Shown: piece after piece, positions 28,820 to 38,490 of the stretch | How positions within the stretch are numbered: position 1 is the stretch's first letter | Layout of the letters: every line of letters begins with the position of its first letter | Assembly: GCA_964552945.1 (NCBI GenBank) | Contig: CAZKIP010000002.1 | Location: 136,990 to 200,989, forward strand | DNA: 64,000 bases | Reading direction: 5' to 3' | From: an uncultured Methanosarcinales archaeon | Lineage (GTDB): Archaea > Nanobdellota > Nanobdellia > Woesearchaeales > GW2011-AR9 | The notes under the pieces: generated by a model | What the model saw: the letters and a program-made list of their open reading frames with translations, nothing else | Database searches by the model: none | What the model was told of the DNA's origin: nothing | Program-made: the position numbers and the translations under genes

Positions 28820-30022
28820 TTATTTAGGAGAAATTAATCCATATTTGATTCTATGATTAAGAACAAAAGGTACAATCAATGTGGTAATAAAGGCGACTAA
28901 AACTAAAATAGTTACATGAATATTAGTTAAAATACCCAGCTGTAAACCAACAACTGCTAAAATTAATTCAACGGTTCCTCTATCATTCATCCCCCAACCG
29001 AGTGTTAACCTGTCCTCACTCTTTACAGAGCCAATTAGTGCACCAAAATAAACGCCGATAACTTTACCAAAGAAAGCGGCAATTAGGATTCCAAAAAACA
29101 ATAAAGGGGCAACAGATAATGCTGAAAAATCAACATTGAAAGCGACGGTGACAATAAATATTGGTCCCAATAAACCCAATGTAATTGTAGAAATTCTGTC
29201 TTTAAGTCTCTTTACTAAACTTTTCCCTGCAATTTCTTCCCTAACCATTAATCCAGCTAAATAAGCACCAATAATAAAATGGATACTTAACATCTCTGCT
29301 AAGAATGCAAAGAGTAACCCAACCAATATAGCAAATGTGAACCCTCGTATTGTTCTTTGTTTCATGAAATTTGTAACGTATGGAAACAATTTGTAACCAA
29401 TAAATAATGTTAAAGTAAAGAAAACTATTGCCTCTCCTAAAGTAAATAATCCACTAGAAAGGTTCAATTCTCCAACATATGCAGATTTAATTGCAACTGC
29501 CAATATAACAAAAGAAAGTAAGTTGTCAACCATTGCTGAACCCATCATTATATGGCCCAATTTTGTTTTCAATATCTTTAGATCTTGCAAAATTCTTGAT
29601 TTTGTAACCATTGAAGTTCCAGAGATTGCTGCACCAATGAAAATTCCTTGTAATATAGTTCCTCCAAACATAACTGTAGCAGCAAAACCTAATGTGAACG
29701 GAACAAGAGTTCCAAGGATGCCTATAGCAAATGCTGACTTTTTGATTTTAAGTAACTTTTTTGGATCCGTTTGTAAACCAGCATAAAACATTAAGAAAAA
29801 CATTCCCAGTTTGGCTAACATGTCTAAGCCATCTGAATAAGAAATCAAGTTAAAGATTGGTGGACCTATTATTAAACCAGCCAGCAGTTCACCTAAAACG
29901 GGAGGTAGTTTTATTCTAACAAACAATTCTCCAACAAGCCAAATAACAACAAGCAGAAATAAAACACTGACAATTGGTAAATTAAATACTCTTAAAAGAT
30001 TGTCAGTAAATTCTATCACCAT
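28820..30022 (-). CDS. CPA2 cation:proton antiporter (NapA/Kef-like)
   Basis: LPPVLGELLAGLIIGP, many TM helices, AMVDNL, GAYLAGL, DRG. Confidence 0.9.
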   Translation of the reverse strand: MVIEFTDNLLRVFNLPIVSVLFLLVVIWLVGELFVRIKLPPVLGELLAGLIIGPPIFNLISYSDGLDMLAKLGMFFLMFYAGLQTDPKKLLKIKKSAFAIGILGTLVPFTLGFAATVMFGGTILQGIFIGAAISGTSMVTKSRILQDLKILKTKLGHIMMGSAMVDNLLSFVILAVAIKSAYVGELNLSSGLFTLGEAIVFFTLTLFIGYKLFPYVTNFMKQRTIRGFTFAILVGLLFAFLAEMLSIHFIIGAYLAGLMVREEIAGKSLVKRLKDRISTITLGLLGPIFIVTVAFNVDFSALSVAPLLFFGILIAAFFGKVIGVYFGALIGSVKSEDRLTLGWGMNDRGTVELILAVVGLQLGILTNIHVTILVLVAFITTLIVPFVLNHRIKYGLISPK

Positions 30023-30085
30023 ACTTCTATCAAATCATTATTGTTTAAATAATTTTCTTGATTTATAATATAAAAAGAAACAATT

Positions 30086-30709
30086 TCAAACCTTCTTAGA
30101 AAGAACACCAATCCACTGATGTTCATGATAAGAGGATTTTAATTCAGGTAAAAATGTTTCAATTGTATAAAAACCAGTTTCATCTAAAAGAGTCATAAGT
30201 TCATCTTCCATGAAGAAGGAGTAATATTTTTCAACACCATACCTTTCATCCATGATGAATCCTTCACCTCTACCTTGTTTAACACTTACAAATAAAATGC
30301 CTCCATCTTTTAATATCTTATGAATACTTATCAATATTTTCTTAGCATGTTTTTTTTCAACACATAATAATCCTGCATTGAACCAAACTGCATCAAATGA
30401 CTTTTCTTCAAAATCTAAATGTAAAAAATCCATTACTTTAAACTTAGCTTTAGGTGCAACCGCTCTAGCCATTTTAATCATCTTAGGAGATAAATCAACA
30501 CCAACAACTTGATACCCTTCTTCAGAAAAAATTCTTGCATCTCTTCCAGGACCACAACCTAAATCTAAAATTCTTCCTTCTTCAGGAAGTTGTGATAAAA
30601 ATACATGCCTTTGATGGTATTCAACTTCTTCAAGTTCTTTAGTATTTTCAAAATATTCTTCAACGGTTTTATCATATGCTTGAATATTCTTTTTTACAAT
30701 ATCATCCAT
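30086..30709 (-). CDS. class I SAM-dependent methyltransferase
   Basis: ILDLGCGPG, GVDLS, FDAVW, LKDGG. Confidence 0.92.
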   Translation of the reverse strand: MDDIVKKNIQAYDKTVEEYFENTKELEEVEYHQRHVFLSQLPEEGRILDLGCGPGRDARIFSEEGYQVVGVDLSPKMIKMARAVAPKAKFKVMDFLHLDFEEKSFDAVWFNAGLLCVEKKHAKKILISIHKILKDGGILFVSVKQGRGEGFIMDERYGVEKYYSFFMEDELMTLLDETGFYTIETFLPELKSSYHEHQWIGVLSKKV

Positions 30710-30756
30710 CTTGCTTAAAGAAAAGAGCTATTATTTAAATTTATTCTTCCAATGAT

Positions 30757-31650
30757 TCATTTATTTTTCTTGACAGAATGTCCACCAAATTCATTACGAA
30801 TCGCAGAAATCACCCTTTTACCAAGAACGAAATGATTCATTTTAGACCTTCTTTCTTTAACAGCTTGTTCAAAAGCCATAGCATGCCCTTTTACAGATTT
30901 TACGGTAGCTTCTAGTTCATCTATAGTTACACTGCCAACATGTGGCTTAATATTTTTAAAATCCTTTCTACGCAAAGCAATAGTTGTTAAATCTAATAAC
31001 CAACTCCTTACAACAGAACTATCTTGCCATCCTTCAGTAGCTTCATCCAATTTTATCTTGTGTTTAAACTTACTTAACAATTCCATCCCCTCAGCAATTC
31101 CTTGTAAATAAGTATATTCAATTACATTGTGAACACTTTTAACAAAATGCCCACTCCCAGCTGGACCAAAATATTTATATCCTTTCTTTGTAGATAAGGC
31201 TTTCATAAGAGGTTCAACTGTTTTATATTGAGACTTAGGCCCCCCAATCATTAAAGGATAGCCATTCTTCAATCCCCAAATTCCTCCAGAAACACCAACA
31301 TCAAAAAAATGAACTCCTTTCTTTTTACACCAGACATCATGTCTCTCAGCATTTTTATAAAATGAGTTTGCACCATTAATGATAATGTCTCCTTTCTTTA
31401 AACCTTGTAAAACTTCTTTCATAACTATGTCTGTAACTTTTCCAGCAGGAAGCATTAACCAAACAATCTTTTTCTTACCCAATTTACTCAGAAGTTCTGG
31501 AATGGAATAAGCAGTAACTCCTCCCTTCCTCGCCAATTTCCTTGTACTATCTGGGCTTTTATTATAACCAACAACTTTATGCCCCTTATTTAAGAGTCTA
31601 AGAGACATGTTGTACCCCATTCTACCTAAACCAATGAATCCTATTTTCAT
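30757..31650 (-). CDS. gnd: 6-phosphogluconate dehydrogenase (short form)
   Basis: IGFIGLGRMG, DVGVSGG, GSGHFVKSVHN, RNEFGGH; ATGA overlap with zwf. Confidence 0.93.
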   Translation of the reverse strand: MKIGFIGLGRMGYNMSLRLLNKGHKVVGYNKSPDSTRKLARKGGVTAYSIPELLSKLGKKKIVWLMLPAGKVTDIVMKEVLQGLKKGDIIINGANSFYKNAERHDVWCKKKGVHFFDVGVSGGIWGLKNGYPLMIGGPKSQYKTVEPLMKALSTKKGYKYFGPAGSGHFVKSVHNVIEYTYLQGIAEGMELLSKFKHKIKLDEATEGWQDSSVVRSWLLDLTTIALRRKDFKNIKPHVGSVTIDELEATVKSVKGHAMAFEQAVKERRSKMNHFVLGKRVISAIRNEFGGHSVKKNK

Positions 31651-33032
31651 GAATACCACCTAACTTTATTCTTTTTACTCCATGATTCAAATTCTTTAGG
31701 CCCCTTACTTCCTTTAGAATATGGATGAATTTTGTACTTAGCAACATTGACTCTATCAACAATGTTCCACGCATGTTCAATTTCATCATTTCTGACAAAA
31801 ACAGATTGATCACCTTTGTATACATCTTGCAGCAAATTCTCATATGCCTCAGGTGTATTTGGTTGAGATCTACAACCTTGACAGAAATCCATCTTTACTG
31901 GCTTTGTAAAATTCTTTTGCCCAGGTACCTTGGAATTGAGTTCAAATGAAAATCCATCATGAGGTTGGACCCTGATAGAAAAATAATTTGTATCTCCAGG
32001 ACAAAATTTTGAAAGTAAACAATCAACTTCTTTAAACTTAATGTGAATACTGGTTTCTTTTTTATTCAAGAATTTTCCTGCTCTAACAAAAAAAGAAACT
32101 CCTTTCCATCTCGAATTGTTAATCTCTAATCTTAAAGCAACAAAGGTGTTTACTTTTGAATTTTTTGCTACACCTTTAATCTTTTTATAACCCGGATATT
32201 GACCAAAAATAGCATCTTTAATTTTAACTTTTTTCAATAATTTGGCTTTCTCATCTCTAATGTAATCACCGCTTAATTTATTTGGAGCTTCGATAGTTGT
32301 CAAAGCAAGTAATTGCATAGCATGATTTTGTATAACGTCTTTAAAAGCACCATAACGTTCATAGAAATCACCCCTTCCTTCTAAGCCAACATCTTCATCC
32401 ATTATTATTTGAATGGATTCAATGTCTTTATTTGACCACAAAGGTTCTAAAATTCGATTGGTAAACCGCATCAATGAAATATCACCCACCAATTCCTTAC
32501 CTAAATAATGATCGATTCTGTAAACTTGTTTTTCTTTGAAAACTCTCTGGATACATTTGTTTATTTTCATAGCAGAAGCCAAATCCCATCCAAATGGCTT
32601 TTCATATACAACTTTTACCCATTGCTTAGCAGCAACTTTTGAAAGTCTACTTTTTTGTAAATTCGAAGTGATTTTATCAAAATGTTGTGGTGCAGCTGCA
32701 AAATAAAAAATTCTGTTTCCAGAAAGACGATGTTTTCTTTCAATTTTTGATAAAAAACTTCCAAAGGTATGATAATCTTCTTCTTTATAAAAATCAAGAT
32801 GGTGGAAGTAAGCAGCATTCTCCAATTTACTCCAAACATTTTTATCAATGTTTTTAATGTATGGTCTTGACGAAGCTAAAATTTTTTTAATAGTTGTTTT
32901 ACCTCTTGCAGCCCCAAATAAAGTGAATTTGTTTATTTTTTTGTTTCTTATTAAATGATATATTGCAGGAATAAGCTTCCTTTTAGTCAAATCTCCTGTT
33001 GCTCCAAAAATTATAAATGTTACATCATCCAT
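31647..33032 (-). CDS. zwf: glucose-6-phosphate 1-dehydrogenase (bacterial type)
   Basis: FGATGDL, EKPFG, RIDHYLGKE, DVIQNH. Confidence 0.96.
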   Translation of the reverse strand: MDDVTFIIFGATGDLTKRKLIPAIYHLIRNKKINKFTLFGAARGKTTIKKILASSRPYIKNIDKNVWSKLENAAYFHHLDFYKEEDYHTFGSFLSKIERKHRLSGNRIFYFAAAPQHFDKITSNLQKSRLSKVAAKQWVKVVYEKPFGWDLASAMKINKCIQRVFKEKQVYRIDHYLGKELVGDISLMRFTNRILEPLWSNKDIESIQIIMDEDVGLEGRGDFYERYGAFKDVIQNHAMQLLALTTIEAPNKLSGDYIRDEKAKLLKKVKIKDAIFGQYPGYKKIKGVAKNSKVNTFVALRLEINNSRWKGVSFFVRAGKFLNKKETSIHIKFKEVDCLLSKFCPGDTNYFSIRVQPHDGFSFELNSKVPGQKNFTKPVKMDFCQGCRSQPNTPEAYENLLQDVYKGDQSVFVRNDEIEHAWNIVDRVNVAKYKIHPYSKGSKGPKEFESWSKKNKVRWYS

Positions 33033-33059
33033 TTTAATATCACTCTTTTACTGTCCTTT

Positions 33060-34013
33060 TTATTCAACAATTGCAGTCATCTTTTTTCCAAAAACTTTAG
33101 ATGCCTTTTTCATATAATCAACAATGTTCCTTTTAAACCAAGCAGGATGCTGCTTTTGTATTTTACCAATAACATAATATCCGATAGCCATCATTGCGGC
33201 ATAATCAGCATTTTTAGGTAGAGGAATGTTGAGAGTATTTTTTGTAATTAGCGGTTTTATTTTTTTTTCAACATTATGTCCAAACGAAATAAATAATTCT
33301 TTCGAAGGAACAACCGTAGTAGCATGAGGGATGTATTCAAAAGTTTCAACATCTCTAGAAATATTTCTTCCAAACAATTCAATAAATTTAACATTCAACA
33401 ATCTAATGATACCTTCAAATTCTTCAGGAACAATGAGGTAATATTTTTTGATTTTAGAAAAATCAGGAATTTTAACTTTATCAACTCTATTTTTGATAAA
33501 CTGAAAAATTTTCTTAGGATTTTCTTTTGTTTGACCTAAAATCATTCCCATATAAGTAGAAGTATTGTAGGTATAAGGTTCCCTATTTTTTGGGAATAGA
33601 TAAGTCTTGTCTGCATATTTTTGTGCTTCAGAATCTTTAGTATTTGTAATTAAAGTTACGTGCTTCTTATAATTCTTTGAATTCTTAGCAATTATAGGTG
33701 CATGTTTAGAACCTGATGCAGACAATAAAACAACGCCATCTATTTGTTTAATTGATTTTAATTTATCTTTAAAAGTAGATTCATCGGCAAAAACTGCAAA
33801 TTTGTCAGCAAAAATTATTCTACCTGTAGCAATGGCATTACCACTTCCTACTATCAGAGGAAATTTATATGATATTTTCATTTTAGGTATTTTAACTTCT
33901 GAGAATAGTTCTAATGCTGCAAGAACAGATAGATCTAAATCAGGAATTGACTTTTCAGAAAATGTGTTCATAACCTCCAAGTTCAACTTTCTCATAGATT
34001 TTTTCTTGACCAT
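33060..34013 (-). CDS. SIS-domain sugar-phosphate isomerase-like protein
   Basis: IVGSGNA, LSASGS, TLITN (SIS domain), then KFIELFGR and H; lies between tal and zwf. Confidence 0.7.
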   Translation of the reverse strand: MVKKKSMRKLNLEVMNTFSEKSIPDLDLSVLAALELFSEVKIPKMKISYKFPLIVGSGNAIATGRIIFADKFAVFADESTFKDKLKSIKQIDGVVLLSASGSKHAPIIAKNSKNYKKHVTLITNTKDSEAQKYADKTYLFPKNREPYTYNTSTYMGMILGQTKENPKKIFQFIKNRVDKVKIPDFSKIKKYYLIVPEEFEGIIRLLNVKFIELFGRNISRDVETFEYIPHATTVVPSKELFISFGHNVEKKIKPLITKNTLNIPLPKNADYAAMMAIGYYVIGKIQKQHPAWFKRNIVDYMKKASKVFGKKMTAIVE

Positions 34014-34051
34014 TTACTTCACGATTTATTTCATTTCACTTTAATATGATT

Positions 34052-34933
34052 CTATCTAGTCAACTCCACATATTCTTTAACAATATCTGCAGTGAATTTC
34101 TTCATGCCTTCAAATGTCTTAGGATGTTGTAACATTTTCACAAGACTTTTCTTTTTCCTCTTCAATTTAGGAAATTGTAAAATTGGAGTTATGGCAGGTT
34201 TTTCACGCATGGCAATAATTGCAGTAAAGGGTATTGTCGCTATATCTGACTTGACAGAAATGCATTCCGCTATCTGTAAAGGATTTCTTAGAGATGCAGC
34301 AAGAACCTTAGTTTTTAATTTATTTTTCTTCATAACATCAACACAAGCTTTAACCAAATGAATTCCAGACAAAATTCCTTCATCATCCACAATTATACCA
34401 TTAACAATTCCCCCTTGTGCAGGATAATAATCAGTTTTTTCAAATTTCAAAGCAGATTTTTTTCTCAAATAATCATCCATTCTTCCTGCAAATGGAGAAA
34501 CAAATGAGGCTCCAGCTTTAGCTGCAAGGTAAGCTTGCTCTGGCGTAAATATAAGCGTACAATTAATCGGAATCCCTTCTCTGGACAAAGTTTTAATTGC
34601 TTTAATTCCATCTAATTGATTTTTGTCAGACGTTGTAAATGCAGGATTAATTGGAACTTTAACATAAACATTTCCAAATGGTTTAAACAATTTGTAAATG
34701 GCCCTTCCTTGAGAAATCATCCCCTCAGCTGATGTCTCTGTAACTTCTAAACTAACAGGAGTTTTACCAGCAGATTTGAGAATTTGTTTAATATATGATT
34801 TAAGATCCTTAGCAGCTCCTGCATCAACTGCTTTCTTCATTAAAGATGGATTTGTGGTGACTCCATCATGAATTCCCCATTTGAAAACTTGTCTGATATC
34901 TTTTAAAATTGCACTATCTATGAATATTTTCAT
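34052..34933 (-). CDS. tal: transaldolase family protein
   Basis: IFIDSA, GVTTNPSL, SLEV, VKVP (Schiff-base Lys), NCTLIF, SPFAGR, AASLR. Confidence 0.9.
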   Translation of the reverse strand: MKIFIDSAILKDIRQVFKWGIHDGVTTNPSLMKKAVDAGAAKDLKSYIKQILKSAGKTPVSLEVTETSAEGMISQGRAIYKLFKPFGNVYVKVPINPAFTTSDKNQLDGIKAIKTLSREGIPINCTLIFTPEQAYLAAKAGASFVSPFAGRMDDYLRKKSALKFEKTDYYPAQGGIVNGIIVDDEGILSGIHLVKACVDVMKKNKLKTKVLAASLRNPLQIAECISVKSDIATIPFTAIIAMREKPAITPILQFPKLKRKKKSLVKMLQHPKTFEGMKKFTADIVKEYVELTR

Positions 34934-35002
34934 TGTGATAGGACCTCACAATTAATATAAAAAAATATTTGATTTTTTGTTATTTTCATTCTCATGACCT
35001 CA

Positions 35003-36055
35003 TCATAATTTGCCTCTTTTATTATGTAATGCTACAATAGCAGCACCATACAAACTTACATTATAATCGTGAATAAGAAAAATAGGCATTTTCTTCAACA
35101 AATCTTTCTGTTTAAATGAATTAACAAATTCCTCAACAAAAATTTTATGTTTGAAAGGTTCTGGGTTGGCAGCAGCTATGCCTCCAGCAATGTAAATACC
35201 ACCAAAAGGAAGGATATCTAATGCAAAGTTTTTCGCACATCTTGCATAGAATTTAACAAACGCCCTGTAAGCATCTCGAGACTGAGGGTCTTTATGTTTG
35301 TACTTAGAAATTGACATTTGTGGAGCTTCATCTTTTTTTATTAAATCTGTATATTTAGTTTTAGGATATTTTTTTAAATGTCCTATGAAATGATACAAGT
35401 TAGCAATTCCCCTACCTGAAATAAGATCTTCCCACTCAACTACTTCCCTTCTGGTTTCTTTTTGAACAAAATTAAACAATTTTCTGTCCTCTTTACCAAT
35501 AGCTACAGCATCTCCATGTCCACCTTCAGATGCATGTCCGACGTATGATTTTCTACTTTCTTCATATATTAGAAAACCCTTCCCTAACCCTGTTCCTGCA
35601 CCAATTACAATTTTTGGAGCTCTATTTACTTTAACACCATCCTTTAATTTTATAATTTTATTTTTAGGAAGGAGATTAATTCCCAATGAAACAGCTTGAA
35701 AATCGTTTATAACTGAAACAGATTTAATGTTCGATTTTTTCTTAATTTTTGTAATCTCGACACTAAAATTTCTATTTGTCAAGCTAACACCTTTTTTTGT
35801 TTGAACTCCGGCAACTGCAAAACATGCTGCAGAAAAAGTAATATTATGCTCATTTTTGGCATGATTAACAACATATTTAACAACATCTGCAAAATCTTTA
35901 ATTTCCTCACTTTTGAAATGGATGGATAAAATTAGTTTAGGTTTTTTCCCATAATGAATTCCAAAATTAGAGTTGGTTCCACCAATATCTCCAGCCAGAA
36001 CATACTTACCTTTAGGGATATTTCTAACGTACCGCTTCTTTTTGAATTCTAGCAT
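35003..36055 (-). CDS. glk: glucokinase (bacterial Glk family)
   Basis: GDIGGTN, AVAG, INDF, GAGTGLG, SEGGH, ISGRG, YIAGGI. Confidence 0.93.
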   Translation of the reverse strand: MLEFKKKRYVRNIPKGKYVLAGDIGGTNSNFGIHYGKKPKLILSIHFKSEEIKDFADVVKYVVNHAKNEHNITFSAACFAVAGVQTKKGVSLTNRNFSVEITKIKKKSNIKSVSVINDFQAVSLGINLLPKNKIIKLKDGVKVNRAPKIVIGAGTGLGKGFLIYEESRKSYVGHASEGGHGDAVAIGKEDRKLFNFVQKETRREVVEWEDLISGRGIANLYHFIGHLKKYPKTKYTDLIKKDEAPQMSISKYKHKDPQSRDAYRAFVKFYARCAKNFALDILPFGGIYIAGGIAAANPEPFKHKIFVEEFVNSFKQKDLLKKMPIFLIHDYNVSLYGAAIVALHNKRGKL

Positions 36056-36114
36056 CCAATCCTCTTTTTTTGATTAAAAAATGATTTGTAAATATAATAA
36101 TAAATTAAAAACAA

Positions 36115-36462
36115 TTAAAGCTTTGTTCTCATTGTTCTTAACAATCCTCTCTTGGTTTTAGCTGAACGCATTTCTCTCGCCAAAGATTCAGCCCCCATAA
36201 CATCATGAACCCAATTTGCAAAATCATGTTTTTCTGAATTGACGTGGTGTGCAAAAGTTTGCGCATCCATATTCTGTAAAGCATCTGGTAGCTCAGAAAC
36301 ATTCTTTAGAATTTGTCCATCATTTACAAAAAATTGATGGTGATGCTGTTGTACATCTAAATAAGATTTATTTGCATTAGATAACGGTTCTTTTTTCTTT
36401 CTTAGCACTCTCTTTTTGGATGCTTTTTTATTATTCAATGTTTTAGTTCTTTTGCGTCCCAT
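36115..36462 (-). CDS. DUF5752-like domain protein with a basic N-tail
   Basis: FFVNDG..LKNVSEL...L..MD..TF.HHVN.EKHDFANWV. Confidence 0.75.
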   Translation of the reverse strand: MGRKRTKTLNNKKASKKRVLRKKKEPLSNANKSYLDVQQHHHQFFVNDGQILKNVSELPDALQNMDAQTFAHHVNSEKHDFANWVHDVMGAESLAREMRSAKTKRGLLRTMRTKL

Positions 36463-37665
36463 TTACACTACCTCTTTTGTCAATTCAACTTGTGAGCAAT
36501 CAATTTTATCTTTCAAATCTTTAAATGCATTCATAAAATAAATAAACGCATCATAAGGACTATCATACGGATTGAAATACTTGTGGACATCACCATCACT
36601 GAACCATTTAGTACACATATAGTAAAAATGGTCAGATGTCTGCATCTTTCTCCACAAATGTAATAATTCTGGACTATTTTTTTCCTTTATATATTTTTCT
36701 AGAGAATACAATTTCTCAATAGCAGAGCATTGCATATCATTTCCCAACCATGCACTCACATCTCTCTCCATATCTGCCCAAGACATAGGGTTATGGACAT
36801 CTAAAACATCACGTGCAGGATATTCTGCTACCTCACTTGGAAATTTGAAATTGTTATCAGGATGTTGTAATAAAGCTCCTGGAAGATGACGTAAAAATTC
36901 AAAAATTCCAGTAGATTCCCACTGATGTTCTCCAAAAGTTTCATAGTCCATGAATAAATTAACTGTATCACCATTGCCATTCACAGCATTAATCCAGGAA
37001 GCATATTTTTCAACACTTAGAGGATGTTCTTTCCATTCTTTATTTGAAAATCTGAAAGCTACATCATCAGATAGACGATAATTTTTACATAAAAGAGGGA
37101 TGTTTCCACACAATGATTTGTAAACATAATTTGGAGATCTCCAACCAAGGACATTGTCCCAACCTTCCAAGAGAATGGCTTTAAATCCCATCTCTGCTAC
37201 TTTCTTTGCCAAAGAATTTTGATAAATCAACTCGGTGTTTCTAAATACTTTTGGAGTGACATTAAATAACCGCTGAATTATATCCATATGAAGTTTAACT
37301 TGTTCTTCAAATTCTTTTTCTGAATATAAATATGCTAGAGAATGATAATATGTTTCTGCTAATATCTCTACATTGCCAGTTTTTACAAGTTCTTGAAAAC
37401 TTTCTAATACTTCAGGAAGATATTTTTGACATTGTTCAAGAAAAACTCCTGAGAGACTGAAACTAATTTTAAATTCTGGGTGTTTTTTGATTAAATATAA
37501 CAATATTTTGTTTGTAGGTAAGTAACATTTTCTAGCAACTTTAATTAGAACAGCTTTATTCTTTTCATCATCAAAATAATTTCTAGAAGAACCTATGTCA
37601 AATACTTTGTATCTATTTAGTCTAAAAGGCTGGTGGACTTGAAAATAGAAACATACACTTACCAC
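36463..37665 (-). CDS. GH57 alpha-amylase-like glycoside hydrolase
   Basis: FQVHQP, ETYYHSL, FRNTEL, MDYETFGEHQ, SWAD, QTSDHFYYM. Confidence 0.95.
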   Translation of the reverse strand: MVSVCFYFQVHQPFRLNRYKVFDIGSSRNYFDDEKNKAVLIKVARKCYLPTNKILLYLIKKHPEFKISFSLSGVFLEQCQKYLPEVLESFQELVKTGNVEILAETYYHSLAYLYSEKEFEEQVKLHMDIIQRLFNVTPKVFRNTELIYQNSLAKKVAEMGFKAILLEGWDNVLGWRSPNYVYKSLCGNIPLLCKNYRLSDDVAFRFSNKEWKEHPLSVEKYASWINAVNGNGDTVNLFMDYETFGEHQWESTGIFEFLRHLPGALLQHPDNNFKFPSEVAEYPARDVLDVHNPMSWADMERDVSAWLGNDMQCSAIEKLYSLEKYIKEKNSPELLHLWRKMQTSDHFYYMCTKWFSDGDVHKYFNPYDSPYDAFIYFMNAFKDLKDKIDCSQVELTKEVV

Positions 37666-38387
37666 TCTCTTACTTGAACTGCATGTAATACAATGAAAAG
37701 AAGTACAACTATTGCGCCCACTCCCCCTATACTTAGAAGTTGTACCTCATTAGCTATAGTTACTGCAGCACCAGTCATAGTTGCCGCTTTAGAACCTAAA
37801 CCAATTGTAATGGCACAAAGCAAAACTGCTGAAATAATTGCTACTGCCTCAATCTTATGAGGAGTAGGTAGATTATCAAAATAGTTAAAATTGAAAGGTT
37901 TTTTCTCAATGAGAGAAGAAGGTTTTTTTATTTTTTTTATATTTCTAGAAATTGCATTTTTAGTAACATTATTCTTTAAATTTTTGCTTCTAGTAACTCT
38001 GACTTTGCCAGATTTACTTTTATTGACCTTGATTTTTGCTGCCTTCTTTTTATTCACAACCTTTTTAGCAACTTTCTTTTTTGGAGAGTTTCCTTTTGAG
38101 ATTTTAACAACAGCCGCTTCAACTTCCTTAATTCTTGTTGCAACTTCATACAAAACCCCTTTCCTGTGTTTATGTTGGAGCATTGCACTAGCCAATTTCT
38201 CATCTTGATGAATATCTCTTACCCAATTATGAAAGTCATGTTTTTCATCATTAACGTGATGACCAAAAATAGCATCGTCCATTTGTTGGAGTGAATTTCG
38301 TAATTCATGGAGGTTCTTAATTGCTTTACCATTGGCTAGCCAGAAGTGTTTATCGGGATGTACCTCCTTTAAGATTCTTTTAGACAT
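37659..38387 (-). CDS. DUF5752-like domain + Lys-rich linker + two C-terminal TM helices
   Basis: HFWLANG..IKNLHEL ... HHVNDEKHDFHNWV; TGAAV between the TM helices; GAGGA upstream of ATG 38387. Confidence 0.75.
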   Translation of the reverse strand: MSKRILKEVHPDKHFWLANGKAIKNLHELRNSLQQMDDAIFGHHVNDEKHDFHNWVRDIHQDEKLASAMLQHKHRKGVLYEVATRIKEVEAAVVKISKGNSPKKKVAKKVVNKKKAAKIKVNKSKSGKVRVTRSKNLKNNVTKNAISRNIKKIKKPSSLIEKKPFNFNYFDNLPTPHKIEAVAIISAVLLCAITIGLGSKAATMTGAAVTIANEVQLLSIGGVGAIVVLLFIVLHAVQVREW

Positions 38388-38490
38388 TCTATCCTCACAC
38401 GTAAAGTAATGAGTTATAGTATAAAAAGGTAACTGCTGCATAAAAAACTTATTTAGTAATAATAAACTTATAACAAATTTATAAAAACTT

